Notes under the pieces: generated by a model
Database searches by the model: none
What the model was told of the DNA's origin: nothing
The model's input: the letters and a program-made list of their open reading frames with translations, nothing else
NCBI GenBank assembly: GCA_029288425.1
Contig: JARIHD010000041.1
Location: 6,535-70,534, forward strand
Direction: 5' to 3'
From: Candidatus Saccharimonadota bacterium
Lineage (GTDB): Bacteria; Patescibacteriota; Saccharimonadia; Saccharimonadales; UBA4665
Length of the DNA: 64,000 bases
Part shown: piece after piece, positions 38,003 to 48,156 of the stretch
Layout of the letters: every line of letters starts with the position of its first letter
How positions within the stretch are numbered: the stretch's first letter is position 1
Position numbers and translations under genes: made by a program

Positions 38003-39973
38003 TTATTGCATTTTGGCCTTAATATCCATGATGATATCCCGCAGTTCGGCCGCTTGTTCAAATTGCAAGTTTGCACTGGCGAGCTCCATCTGGGCTGTAA
38101 GATCTTTTACAAGTGATTTGTATTCGTCTTTTGGAATCTTTTTGAGGTCAAGTTTGGCGCGCTTGGCTTCTTCTGGCAGGTCGGGGCGTAGGCCTTTTTC
38201 AATAGCCTTGCTGACACCAGCCGGGGTGATGCCGTGTTTTTTGTTGTAGGCTTCTTGGACTGCACGGCGGCGGTCGGTTTCGTCCATGGTCGCCTTCATG
38301 CTCTTTGTAACATTGTCGGCATAGAAAATCACCCGGCCCTCGACATGGCGGGCGGCACGGCCAACGGTCTGGATAAGCGCTGATTCGCTACGCAAAAAGC
38401 CTTCTTTGTCGGCATCGAGGATAGCCACCAGACTCACCTCTGGCAGGTCCAACCCCTCGCGGAGCAGGTTAATACCCACCAATACGTCGTATACGCCCAG
38501 GCGCAAGTCACGCAAGATATCGCTGCGGTCCAGAGTGTCGACATCGCTGTGCAAATACGCCACTTTAATACCGAGCTCCTTTAGGTAGTCGGTCAGGTCT
38601 TCAGCCATACGCTTGGTCAGGGTCGTTACCAGCACACGCTGATGCTTGCCGATGGTCGTACGGATTTCGGCGATCAGATCATCAACCTGACCGTCGACAG
38701 GACGAATTTCAATCGGCGGATCCAGCAGACCTGTCGGGCGGATAACCTGCTGCGCCGGTTCCGGGCTGCGGCTGAGTTCGTATTCCGCAGGTGTAGCGCT
38801 CACGTACACCGCCTGGTTAACATGGCGTTCGAATTCGACAAAGGTCAATGGGCGGTTATCAAGCGCGCTTGGCAGACGAAAGCCATGTTCTACCAACACC
38901 TCTTTGCGAGCGCGATCGCCGTTATACATGCCACGGATCTGCGGAATTGACTGGTGCGATTCGTCGACCAACAGCAGATAGTCATCGGGGTAATAATCGA
39001 GTAGTGTTGCGGGCTGATCGCCGGCCTCACGGTTGGTCAGATAGCGGCTATAATTTTCGATACCTTTTACAAAACCGGTTTCCTCCAGCATTTCCAGGTC
39101 GTAACGGGTGCGTTGCTCCAGGCGCTGCGCTTCAAGCAGTTTGCCTTCCATTTTAAACTGGGCCAGGCGTTCCTGTAGCTCCTGCTGGATTTTACCAAGA
39201 GCGACCTTTAGTTTATCCTGGGGCGTCACATAGTGTGAACTCGGGAACACCTGCAAGCGGTTCGGTTTGCCTAGAATTTCGCCGGTTAGCGGATCGATTT
39301 TGGTAATCCGGTCAATTTCGTCACCAAAAAATTCAATGCGGTACGCGACTTCTTCACCGGAGGGAAATACATCTACAACATCACCGCGTACCCGGAATGT
39401 ACCACGGTGAAAGTCAACATCGTTGCGCTGATATTGAATATCGGTCAGGTGACGCAGGAACTTGTCACGCTTGCGCGTTTCGCCTACTTCAACCTTGAGG
39501 CTCATGCCGTCATAGTCGGCCACCGAGCCGATACCGTAAATACAGCTGACACTGGCCACGATAATGACATCGCGGCGCGTCAGCAGTGCATCGGTGGCGG
39601 CGTGGCGCAAGCGGTCGATTTCTTCATTGATTTGGCTGTCTTTTTCGATATAGGTATCCGAGCGGGCAATATAAGCTTCAGGCTGGTAATAATCGAAGTA
39701 GCTTACGAAATAATGCACGGCGTTTTCGGGAAAGAAGTTTTTGAACTCGGCATACAGCTGTGCGGCCAGAGTCTTGTTGTGGCTCAGTACCAAGGTCGGT
39801 TTTTGGGTATTCTGAATAATATTTGCCATGGTAAAGGTCTTGCCCGAACCGGTCACCCCCAGCAATGTCTGATGGTGCAGGCCTTCATGAATACCTTTGG
39901 TCAACTGCGCAATAGCCTTGGGCTGATCGCCCATTGGCTGGTAGTCACTCCTAAGTTTGAATCCGCTCATCAT
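38003..39973 (-). CDS. uvrB: excinuclease ABC subunit B
   Basis: Walker [13 protein letters not shown], helicase motifs, C-terminal UVR domain ([11 protein letters not shown]). Confidence 0.96.
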   Translation of the reverse strand: MMSGFKLRSDYQPMGDQPKAIAQLTKGIHEGLHHQTLLGVTGSGKTFTMANIIQNTQKPTLVLSHNKTLAAQLYAEFKNFFPENAVHYFVSYFDYYQPEAYIARSDTYIEKDSQINEEIDRLRHAATDALLTRRDVIIVASVSCIYGIGSVADYDGMSLKVEVGETRKRDKFLRHLTDIQYQRNDVDFHRGTFRVRGDVVDVFPSGEEVAYRIEFFGDEIDRITKIDPLTGEILGKPNRLQVFPSSHYVTPQDKLKVALGKIQQELQERLAQFKMEGKLLEAQRLEQRTRYDLEMLEETGFVKGIENYSRYLTNREAGDQPATLLDYYPDDYLLLVDESHQSIPQIRGMYNGDRARKEVLVEHGFRLPSALDNRPLTFVEFERHVNQAVYVSATPAEYELSRSPEPAQQVIRPTGLLDPPIEIRPVDGQVDDLIAEIRTTIGKHQRVLVTTLTKRMAEDLTDYLKELGIKVAYLHSDVDTLDRSDILRDLRLGVYDVLVGINLLREGLDLPEVSLVAILDADKEGFLRSESALIQTVGRAARHVEGRVIFYADNVTKSMKATMDETDRRRAVQEAYNKKHGITPAGVSKAIEKGLRPDLPEEAKRAKLDLKKIPKDEYKSLVKDLTAQMELASANLQFEQAAELRDIIMDIKAKMQ

Positions 39974-39982
39974 CTAAGTATA

Positions 39983-40702
39983 TCAGTTCGGCTGATAGAA
40001 GTCCTCGTGGGCAGTTTGGAGATAGGCCTTAATTACCTTGTGCCCCGCCGTCCATGCGTCTTTCAGTGGTTCGCCCAACTCATAGTGTCTGGAAAATTCC
40101 ACAATGCCGCAGGCGGCGGCAGCGGCCACATATCCCCAGGGAGTAGATTCTCCATCTGTGGCCCCAAAGAGTTCCACATGATTTTCAGGCAAGTCATTCC
40201 GATCGCTATTTATATAAAGCCCCCAGGACTGGTTATAACCATGCGGACGGGAATTGCACAGTTGCTTGGCGGCGCTAAAAAATAAAGGCACCTCATGGAC
40301 ATGTCTTTGGCCAAACGTATAAATGTCATCGTCACCTGTAGCAGCCTCCGCTAAAGAATGAAAATCGCTTAGAACGGTGATATCGTGCGAATCATGTTGC
40401 GCCACAATTTGATTTACTGTGTGCGCCGCGGCTGCATTGAGTTTCCTTTGACTTTTCCCATGAATACCAACAAACGTTCGCCAGTCATGCTCGGTCCCAT
40501 CAATAACTATTTCGGGGACTGCAAGCTGGCCGGCCGCATTGAATTGGCGTATTGATCGTGCAAGCCGTACTCCTTCGTCCAAAGAGTCGTCCCGGCGGCG
40601 GGGAGTTTCCTTTCCAATGTAGCGGCCGCCATTTGCGACAACGCGGAATGTTGTTTTTACAGTATTAACAGAACAGGTTTCGGTCTGGCATTTTTTCTTC
40701 AT
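39983..40702 (-). CDS. hypothetical protein (239 aa)
   Basis: Cytoplasmic-looking ORF, 19 nt after the LOG-like gene and 9 nt before uvrB. No motif recognised. Confidence 0.65.
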   Translation of the reverse strand: MKKKCQTETCSVNTVKTTFRVVANGGRYIGKETPRRRDDSLDEGVRLARSIRQFNAAGQLAVPEIVIDGTEHDWRTFVGIHGKSQRKLNAAAAHTVNQIVAQHDSHDITVLSDFHSLAEAATGDDDIYTFGQRHVHEVPLFFSAAKQLCNSRPHGYNQSWGLYINSDRNDLPENHVELFGATDGESTPWGYVAAAAACGIVEFSRHYELGEPLKDAWTAGHKVIKAYLQTAHEDFYQPN

Positions 40703-40721
40703 AGCCAGATATTATAGCAGA

Positions 40722-41375
40722 CTAGCCAGCGCGTGCGGGTGGATTGTCCATGACGTCTCGGCCAAGGAACCAGTGTTCGTCGCGTTCGATCTGTTTGCGG
40801 ATGTCTTTGTATTTGGCGTCCAAAATTTTGATCATCTTTTTGATGAGTCTTTCGGGATCGGTGTCGTAGACGACCATATCATTATCAGGTGGCTGCAGCG
40901 TCTGCATAAGTTCCGGGATAAGATCGGCTGTGCCGCCGCTGCCCAGCAAAATACCGCATGGCTTGTGCGCCTCGAGCGCCGAGGTAAATTCATGCAGGCT
41001 GCCGAACCGCCCGCCTACCGTGATAACCGCGTCGCTGGACTGTACCAGATATAAGTCGCGGCCAACGTAATTCATGCCGGTAAAGTTTATAAAGTCGAAA
41101 ACGTCGTGTGGCAGGCGGTATTTACGCAGATGTTCACGCAGTGACGAAGCGGGCGAAAAGCCGATACTCGTGCCGCCTGCCTGCTTTGCGCCCAGGGCGG
41201 CAAAATACGGTAGGCCTACCGTTGCGCCGGTCGTCAAAATGTGGCCTTCATCGGCTATGGCCTTTCCAAGCGTTTGAGCCAGCTGTGCCGAGGTTTTAAC
41301 GGTCAGGCCGGCGGCGGCACCTGAGACACAAATTGAATAACGGAGATGTTTGAGTTGTTTGAGATCTGGAGCCAT
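40722..41375 (-). CDS. LOG/TIGR00725-like (SLOG superfamily) Rossmann protein
   Basis: ICVSGAAAG...TTGATVGLPYFAALGA...AVITVGGRFGSLHEF...GILLGSGG resembles the LOG PGGxGTxxE architecture. Confidence 0.7.
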   Translation of the reverse strand: MAPDLKQLKHLRYSICVSGAAAGLTVKTSAQLAQTLGKAIADEGHILTTGATVGLPYFAALGAKQAGGTSIGFSPASSLREHLRKYRLPHDVFDFINFTGMNYVGRDLYLVQSSDAVITVGGRFGSLHEFTSALEAHKPCGILLGSGGTADLIPELMQTLQPPDNDMVVYDTDPERLIKKMIKILDAKYKDIRKQIERDEHWFLGRDVMDNPPARAG

Positions 41376-41398
41376 ATGCCTATAAGTATACCGGTTTT

Positions 41399-42637
41399 TT
41401 ATGATTCCGCTAATGCTGAATTGTCGATTAAATCCCGTGCCAGCTGACGATGTAAGGCGGTCTCAAGATTTTCCTGGTGCAAATAGCGTGACATCAGTTC
41501 ATGCCATAAATGTTCGCGTACAAAATGCACGATACGGTCGGGAAAATCCAATTTATTACAAAAACTTAAAGCAACATCGAGAATATTGCAGGATACTGGT
41601 TCGCCGTTGTGTAACATTGCGGCATGTCCGGCGTTTTCCCAAAAATGCAGTGCAGGTTGCAATTCAGCCAAAACCGACTCGCCGTCATGCCATTGTAGAT
41701 CGTCGGGCTGCACGTGAGGCTCAAAGGTTTCCGGATGATATGCACCTAACTTTTTACCGTAATAGCGCTGAATAACTTTCCATGGAACCGGCTGGCTGGC
41801 CAGGTTTGCCGCGGTCATCGGTTCGGCGGACGATGCTTCGGCGATCAGTGCACCGAATGTTGGTTTCACCTGCTGTAATTTTGCGAACGAGCTAAAGGTA
41901 CGGATGTCGTTTAAATTGTGCAGGATAAGTAACAGCGTAGTAATCACCAATCCTTCGATTTGTGCTGGAAGTGGCAAAATAACCACGGCGCCGAGTTCCT
42001 TGAAGGCCAAAATATTATGTTTGGCCGAACCCACAAAATCCGCGGCTGCGGCAGCCCAACGCGGCGAGTGCGGATAGAGTATTTGGATCTTGCGCTGTTC
42101 GAAATCGCTCGTCTGCAGCGTGCCGTACTGTGCCTGAAACTGGCGGTGCCAGCTAGGGGATTCCGCAATTACGGCGGCGGCATAAACTGCTGCTATGGAT
42201 TCGTGTTTGAGCATAGAGTCGAGCGAGCGGTACCCCAGCAGTTTCATCGTGGCCTTTGGTATTTTTTTCTTAAAAAGACGCCGCGCCACGGGAGCCTTAA
42301 GCGCAAAACACGAACCCGTACTCCGGTGCTCACTCAAGATTTTCTGGACAACGCTAAGTATATCGACCGTAGAAGCATCGGGCAAAATGCCGAGTACGGT
42401 CCGGACCCGGCCCTCGTCATCACGCAGTCGCTCGTGCAGGGCGCTATATAACTCAGGACCCGTAGTGTCGGCGGGGTCTAATCCTAGTTGCTTCATCATC
42501 GTCCGTACTTGCTGTGAAATCTCGGAACTGAGCCGGATGTCAGCACCAGGACGGCCACTGGCGCGTTCCAGCTCCATGATGCTTTGTGCGAAAAATGGTT
42601 GTGCAGCCCCCAAAGCCGCCGACAGATATCGTGTCAT
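41399..42637 (-). CDS. hypothetical protein (412 aa)
   Basis: Cytoplasmic and mostly helical-looking. Lies between the PfkB kinase and the LOG-like gene. Confidence 0.7.
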   Translation of the reverse strand: MTRYLSAALGAAQPFFAQSIMELERASGRPGADIRLSSEISQQVRTMMKQLGLDPADTTGPELYSALHERLRDDEGRVRTVLGILPDASTVDILSVVQKILSEHRSTGSCFALKAPVARRLFKKKIPKATMKLLGYRSLDSMLKHESIAAVYAAAVIAESPSWHRQFQAQYGTLQTSDFEQRKIQILYPHSPRWAAAAADFVGSAKHNILAFKELGAVVILPLPAQIEGLVITTLLLILHNLNDIRTFSSFAKLQQVKPTFGALIAEASSAEPMTAANLASQPVPWKVIQRYYGKKLGAYHPETFEPHVQPDDLQWHDGESVLAELQPALHFWENAGHAAMLHNGEPVSCNILDVALSFCNKLDFPDRIVHFVREHLWHELMSRYLHQENLETALHRQLARDLIDNSALAES

Positions 42638-42697
42638 TTCTATTAGATTAGCATAAGCCGGTTATAGCGGTAAAGCTTGACAATTCGCCACCGCCCC

Positions 42698-43702
42698 TTA
42701 TGCGAGTGGTTTGACGAAGTAGTTTTCGGGAGCTTTATGCAAAAGATCAAGTAACTTCTTTTCTGTCAGCAGCCCGGCCTGCGCCCCAACGTGCTGCACG
42801 ACATTCATAGAATTGATTGGCGCCCAGCGGAGCGCCTCCTCCAGACTGAGGCCTTTTACAAGCGCCGCCACCAGCGTAGAAGCAAATGCGTCACCCGCAC
42901 CGGTGCGCTCTACCGGCGGTTTAGGGTCCGGGTACAGCGGCATACTGCCTCTCGTTGCACCGTCCGATGCATATGCACCGTCCGGTCCGTCGGTAATGAT
43001 CACGATCTTTGGTCCCAATTTATGCAAACGATCAAATAAATCATTAAGATCTTCAGTACTGCCGCCGCTTACCAGTGCTGCTTCTTCGCGGTTCAAAATG
43101 AGCACTTCGGTCCGCTTATAGATACGCCCCAACCGTTCGGCACCGGCTTTCATTTGGAATGTGCCAGGCTGGAATGCCAGACGGACGCCGGGATTGTCTT
43201 CAAGCCAGTCGGCGACTTCGTCGTGATAATCAATGGCATGGTCGCTGATTGAACTAAAGTACACCCAACGCGGTAATTCCGTAGGGCGCAAATGCGGCCA
43301 GTGGTAATTATAATTTTCGTGTTTGATCAGAATGGTACGTTCTTCTTTGTACCAAAGCACATAGTGGTAGTTACTGCGTTTTTTGGGGTTGATACGAACA
43401 AAACGAGTATCAACATCATTGTCATCAAGGGTATGGATAATGTCACGGCCGGGCTGGTCACCGCCGACATTCGTTACGAAGCCGGTCTTGAGCCCGAGGC
43501 GCGCAAAAGCGACGGCTGCATTGCTGGCATTGCCTACCGCTACCGCTTCTTCGACATGATCAAATGGCAGTTTGGTAGCAAATGGCATGGCGAGCCATGG
43601 ATTGCCGCGGCCGTCTTCGACCACACTTGCCTGATCATCCAAAAGTTTGATAAACGCATCGGTCACCACATCACCAATGCTCAAAATATCAAATTGCGCC
43701 AC
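42698..43702 (-). CDS. PfkB-family carbohydrate/nucleoside kinase
   Basis: N-terminal ILSIGDVVTD, NASNAA, C-terminal TGAGDAF anion-hole motif. GTG start. Confidence 0.85.
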   Translation of the reverse strand: MAQFDILSIGDVVTDAFIKLLDDQASVVEDGRGNPWLAMPFATKLPFDHVEEAVAVGNASNAAVAFARLGLKTGFVTNVGGDQPGRDIIHTLDDNDVDTRFVRINPKKRSNYHYVLWYKEERTILIKHENYNYHWPHLRPTELPRWVYFSSISDHAIDYHDEVADWLEDNPGVRLAFQPGTFQMKAGAERLGRIYKRTEVLILNREEAALVSGGSTEDLNDLFDRLHKLGPKIVIITDGPDGAYASDGATRGSMPLYPDPKPPVERTGAGDAFASTLVAALVKGLSLEEALRWAPINSMNVVQHVGAQAGLLTEKKLLDLLHKAPENYFVKPLA

Positions 43703-43773
43703 GTCCCCACTCTTTCTTTATGTACAACTTATGCTTAGTTTATTGTGCCATATCCAACCGGCGGGCCGCAAGG

Positions 43774-45051
43774 TTATTTGTTTTCGAAAGGCTTCCAAGT
43801 TATTGTGGGGTCAGGAGTTTCAGGCAGGACGGTCAGCGCCGTAGACAGACCTCGGTACAAGCGCATGGTTCTCCTCCTTCCACCGGCCTCAAATTCTTTA
43901 CTGCCATATTGAATAGCGTAATCAAAGATTGACATAGCCTCCAGTACTTTTTTACCGTGCGATTTTGGCCCCAGTAATGTTCTAACCTTATCTATAGCAA
44001 AGGCGGCATCTAATTCATTCCGATCGGCATATAAAAACTTCCCGATGTCAAGGGCGGTTAGGGTCTGGCCGGCGTGCGCAATAAGAAAAGCAGCTATCCG
44101 TTCATGCTGTGTCAGGTCAATTTCTAAATCAGAAGTCATTTCTGTAAGCGGCATGCTCGCATCTCTTAGGCGGTCAATTAGCAGGACAAGACTATCTTTT
44201 ATTAATTCTTCATCGGATTTAGGGGGAGTTGTTCCATTTAGCTCATGCCAGACTTCGTCAAAATCCGGGTCGTAAGATACTGCCTGCACTTCTTTAGCGT
44301 CGCCACGTGCTCGAGGCTGCTTCCAGTCAACCACCAGTCCTGTCTGTGGCCGTACTCTCTCTTCTACCTCTGGAGTCACCGGCTCCGGCTCTTTGATTTC
44401 AGGCAAAGATTCAGGGCGGCGGATGCTGGGAATAGGCCATGGTGCGCAGTTATAAGCGTACAGTGCGGACACGGCGGCTTCAGCGGCGGTAATGCGTTCC
44501 AGCCTTTCTTCTTGGGGGCGGTCCACCTTTTCACGCCGCTCTTCAAGCGTGTCCAACGTTTGTTGCGCTAAACGCTGGACACGCTGGCTAGCACCATCCA
44601 GTACGGATTCGGCCTGACACACGGCTTGACGTATGGCGGCCGTCAATTGTTCATGTTGAAGCCTGCTTTCTTCTACCTGCGCCGCAAGCGTAAGCTTACG
44701 CAAACCTAAAGTGAGCGCATCTCGACCGATAAGTCCGTAAGGGATCTGGATAGCCGTACGTTCCAGCTTGGCAACCGTATCATCTTGGACTTCTGCCAAC
44801 TCGTCCTGCACTAATGCGCGGAAAGTTGGCTCTGCGATTTCGTCCAAACGGCTGGCTTTAACGTGCAGCTGGTCGATTGTGGCAGTATAGCCATGAACCA
44901 ACCTACTTTTTTCCAGCACAGCATGCGGGTCGTAGGGCAAATCGTGCTGGGCGTCCGGCTGAATCGCGTTTAGATTGACTTCATCCGGCAAAATGGCCGG
45001 CGAATGCAGCATTTCAACAATAGGATATTTCTTCATACAAGTATCCATCAT
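43774..45051 (-). CDS. hypothetical protein (425 aa): coiled coil plus possible winged-helix C-terminus
   Basis: Central heptad-rich segment, acidic Pro-rich linker (PEIKEPEPVTPEVEE), C-terminal helix-turn-helix-like stretch (AAFLIAHAGQTLTALDIGKFLY). Confidence 0.7.
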   Translation of the reverse strand: MMDTCMKKYPIVEMLHSPAILPDEVNLNAIQPDAQHDLPYDPHAVLEKSRLVHGYTATIDQLHVKASRLDEIAEPTFRALVQDELAEVQDDTVAKLERTAIQIPYGLIGRDALTLGLRKLTLAAQVEESRLQHEQLTAAIRQAVCQAESVLDGASQRVQRLAQQTLDTLEERREKVDRPQEERLERITAAEAAVSALYAYNCAPWPIPSIRRPESLPEIKEPEPVTPEVEERVRPQTGLVVDWKQPRARGDAKEVQAVSYDPDFDEVWHELNGTTPPKSDEELIKDSLVLLIDRLRDASMPLTEMTSDLEIDLTQHERIAAFLIAHAGQTLTALDIGKFLYADRNELDAAFAIDKVRTLLGPKSHGKKVLEAMSIFDYAIQYGSKEFEAGGRRRTMRLYRGLSTALTVLPETPDPTITWKPFENK

Positions 45052-45086
45052 ACTCGAAACGATGCTATACGCAAGTAAAAAAGATG

Positions 45087-46133
45087 CTATAAATCTTGGC
45101 TATGCGACACGAACGAATCGTCATCCAGCAGTGACTCGTCAAGCTCGCCCTTGGCCGCCGCTGAAACGAGCTGTAACTGCCTGATGAAAAGGTTTTGCGC
45201 TCCGTTTATATCGGTACGTTTTTTGGCCCAAGCTTTGAGTACGGGATCTTGTAGCGCGCGCGAATACGAGAATGTTACACCCCATGGGTGCGGGCCGCGC
45301 TTTACGATGCGGTTCAGATTGATAAAGGCATCGTTCGGCTGTTGTCCGCCGCTCAGAAATACAACGCCGCCCAGTTCGTGCGGTACATGTTCGTGCAAAG
45401 TGCGAACCGTTCGTTCGGCGACTTCGTCGTGATTGATGGGATTACCGCTATCCTTTCCGGGCAAAACCATACTCGTCTTTAGGATCGCACCGGGCAGATG
45501 CACCCTAAAAGCACGCATGGTCTGGAATAAGATGTCAAAAACATGTGACATGACCTGTTCGCACTGTTCGCTTGTGTGATCGCCATCGAACAACACCTCA
45601 GGTTCGACAATGGGAACGATGTTATACTCCTGGCAGATACGGGCGTAGCGTGCCAAGGTAAATGTGTTGGCACCAATACATTCATCGGTTGGGATACCAT
45701 CGCCAATCGTAATAACAGCGCGCCATTTTGCAAACCGGGCGCCCGCCGCCGCATAGGTCGCCATACGTTCGGCCAGGCCGTCCAGGCCTTGGGTTACTTT
45801 TTCGCCTTCGAAGCCTGGCAGATCGATCAGACCTTTATCGACTTTAATACCCGGGGCGATCTGATGATTATTTAGGATTTCCCGAAACACTTGCCCGCGG
45901 TCGCTGCTCTGCCAAAATGTCTCGTCAAATAAAATAACACCGCTCAAAATGTCTTCCGCACTGGGGGTAGTCAGCAGCAACTCGCGGTATTCTCGCCGCG
46001 TATCTTCGGTACAAGGCACGCCTACGGCGTCAAAGCGTTTTTCACAGCTTGCGTTACTTTCATCAGCAGCCAACAAACCTTTGCCGTGAGCAATCAGTTG
46101 TTTGACAATTTCTTCAAGTTTTTGCGGATTCAT
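45087..46133 (-). CDS. class I fructose-bisphosphate aldolase
   Basis: LLAADESNASCEKRF and the Schiff-base region ILKTSMV. ATG 46133 is preceded by a GAGGTGGG SD. Confidence 0.9.
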   Translation of the reverse strand: MNPQKLEEIVKQLIAHGKGLLAADESNASCEKRFDAVGVPCTEDTRREYRELLLTTPSAEDILSGVILFDETFWQSSDRGQVFREILNNHQIAPGIKVDKGLIDLPGFEGEKVTQGLDGLAERMATYAAAGARFAKWRAVITIGDGIPTDECIGANTFTLARYARICQEYNIVPIVEPEVLFDGDHTSEQCEQVMSHVFDILFQTMRAFRVHLPGAILKTSMVLPGKDSGNPINHDEVAERTVRTLHEHVPHELGGVVFLSGGQQPNDAFINLNRIVKRGPHPWGVTFSYSRALQDPVLKAWAKKRTDINGAQNLFIRQLQLVSAAAKGELDESLLDDDSFVSHSQDL

Positions 46134-46240
46134 CGCCCACCTCTTTATCATTTCTGTTACGCTTCATTATAAAAGCTTACGCTTTGAATGCAAATGATTG
46201 CCGTTGGTAAAAGCGCGAACTTGCGGTATAAAAGAGATCT

Positions 46241-47161
46241 ATGGTCAACCCAGAAGAAATGGCTCGCAGTCAGGAATCGCCGGATCTATCCCCGCTTTTG
46301 CTTGCCGAAGACCTGGATATCACAGTACTCAATGACCTTTATGCTGAGAAGATCAAAAAATTTGATATAAACGACCCTTCAGAAGAGGCGGCAGAGTTAA
46401 CTGTGCACTTAGGAGGTATATGCCTTGAGCGAGGGCTTAATCCTAGCGTCGACCCTCACAAAGCCGCGGCGTATTTGGCAAAATCCGGACAATATTTTCA
46501 ATTGGCAGATATGCATCCGGCTACAAGGCCCCCTTTGCGGTATAAGGCACAAAAAATCAAGGCATACATGCCGGCTTTTACGGCCCGACGGCATGCCATA
46601 GACAGTCAGTACCACCACAAGGTTCGCATGGCACCACCCGAAACCCACCTCAAATCTATCTGCAAAGAACTGGCAAAGAATGCTTTTGATCTGAATTACG
46701 CCGAACCCTCCAAAAGACTGGGCTTTCTTTCATCGCACGGCGTATCACTCTTATTAGCCCGCGCAGGAAGGCTCGACTATCCTACGACCATGCGAGAGCA
46801 GGTGTTCAACGAGAATTATATGGCGTTCTGGCAAGGGTCATATTCAAGCTATAGTATTGTCGAGGGCCATAAATTACCCATGCTTGCTAGTTATCGAAGC
46901 GAGCGCCAGGATGAGTGCCCGCATAGAATTACGGTCAATTTTAGCAATCTTATAGAAAAATGGGCACCCGAAACTCATCCCGTTATCCTAGATCGCGGTA
47001 CACGAGGTAAAATATGCTCGAATGTTGTCGGCCTACTTATACGTGAAGCCAATCAGTGGCCGGTGCAAAGCCGTGAGATTGCACTGCTTGATGCGCTCAG
47101 TAACGACCTGATCACATCACAAAATAACCTCTTGGCTTCCCTCAAAAACAGCAACATATAG
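46241..47161 (+). CDS. hypothetical protein (306 aa)
   Basis: Lone plus-strand ORF between FBA and transketolase. No motif recognised. Confidence 0.65.
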   Translation: MVNPEEMARSQESPDLSPLLLAEDLDITVLNDLYAEKIKKFDINDPSEEAAELTVHLGGICLERGLNPSVDPHKAAAYLAKSGQYFQLADMHPATRPPLRYKAQKIKAYMPAFTARRHAIDSQYHHKVRMAPPETHLKSICKELAKNAFDLNYAEPSKRLGFLSSHGVSLLLARAGRLDYPTTMREQVFNENYMAFWQGSYSSYSIVEGHKLPMLASYRSERQDECPHRITVNFSNLIEKWAPETHPVILDRGTRGKICSNVVGLLIREANQWPVQSREIALLDALSNDLITSQNNLLASLKNSNI

Positions 47162-47169
47162 AGATCTGC

Positions 47170-48156
47170 TTACTTGGCTTTTCGCGATAGCATCTCATGA
47201 GCCGCCAAGGCCATATGCGTTGCGGTCAAGCCAAAATGCTGCAACAGTTCGTTGGGTTCGCCGGACTCGCCAAACCGGTCCCGCATACCGATGCGTTTTA
47301 TTGGCACCGGACATTGTTCAGCGGCCAATTCGGCGATAGCGCCGCCTAAGCCCCCGGCGATTTGGGCCTCTTCGGCCGTTATGGCGCAGCCGGTTTTACG
47401 CAAGCTCTTTAGGATCGTGGCTTCGTCAAGAGGCTTTATGGTTGGTACGTGGATCACTTCGGCATCTATGCCATCTTTAGCGAGCACCTCAGCAGCAACC
47501 ATCATGTGGTATGTCATTGTGCCGGTAGAAATCAGCGTAATGTCTTTGCCTTCGCGGTAAACATAGGCTTTGCCGATTTGGAACGGAGTTTTGTCGGTGG
47601 TGATAATGGGCGTAGCTTCGCGGGCCAGGCGTAAATATGCCGGATGATCTTTGTCGGCAGCCAGCGCCAAGGTTGCACGCTCCGCCTCCAGTGAATCACC
47701 GGGAGCAATCACGATCATGTTTGGCAGTACGCGCATGAGGGCGATATCTTCGAGCATTTGATGAGTGGCTCCATCCGGACCGACACTCACTCCTGCATGC
47801 GAACCGACGATCTTGACGCCCCGCTCATTAAGACAAATGGTAGTACGAATTTGCTCCCAGTTACGCCCCGGACTAAACGCCGCATAACTACTAACAAATG
47901 GTACCTTGCCCATGGCAGCCAATCCCGCGCCAACGGTCACTAGATTTTGCTCGGCTACGCCGATCTCAATGTATCGGTCAGGAAATTTCTCGGCAAATAG
48001 ATTCATTGCGGTCGAACTGGTTAAGTCTGCGCAAGCAGCCACGACATTTTCATCAATTTCACCAGCCTTCAGAAGACCACGACCAAAGCCTTTGCGGATC
48101 GGTTCTTGCACCAAATCTTTGGCGCGAACGTTATGCACTAGATGTAAATCAATCAT
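47170..48156 (-). CDS. transketolase, C-terminal (pyrimidine-binding) subunit
   Basis: YIEIGVAEQNLV, VGPDGATHQ. Overlaps the N-terminal subunit gene by 8 nt. Confidence 0.92.
   Translation of the reverse strand: MIDLHLVHNVRAKDLVQEPIRKGFGRGLLKAGEIDENVVAACADLTSSTAMNLFAEKFPDRYIEIGVAEQNLVTVGAGLAAMGKVPFVSSYAAFSPGRNWEQIRTTICLNERGVKIVGSHAGVSVGPDGATHQMLEDIALMRVLPNMIVIAPGDSLEAERATLALAADKDHPAYLRLAREATPIITTDKTPFQIGKAYVYREGKDITLISTGTMTYHMMVAAEVLAKDGIDAEVIHVPTIKPLDEATILKSLRKTGCAITAEEAQIAGGLGGAIAELAAEQCPVPIKRIGMRDRFGESGEPNELLQHFGLTATHMALAAHEMLSRKAK

Noticed and set aside
39407-40285. 292-aa plus-strand ORF antisense to uvrB and the 239-aa ORF.
   Set aside because: Shadow ORF opposite the strongly supported uvrB. 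Its composition is low-complexity and non-protein-like.
41501-41518. REHLWH (Rx4H) near the C-terminus of the 412-aa orphan as a possible HEPN nuclease motif, which would be attractive next to a SLOG-type protein.
   Set aside because: A six-residue pattern occurs too easily by chance, and I cannot support a HEPN four-helix context by eye. It is mentioned only as something to look at in a profile search.
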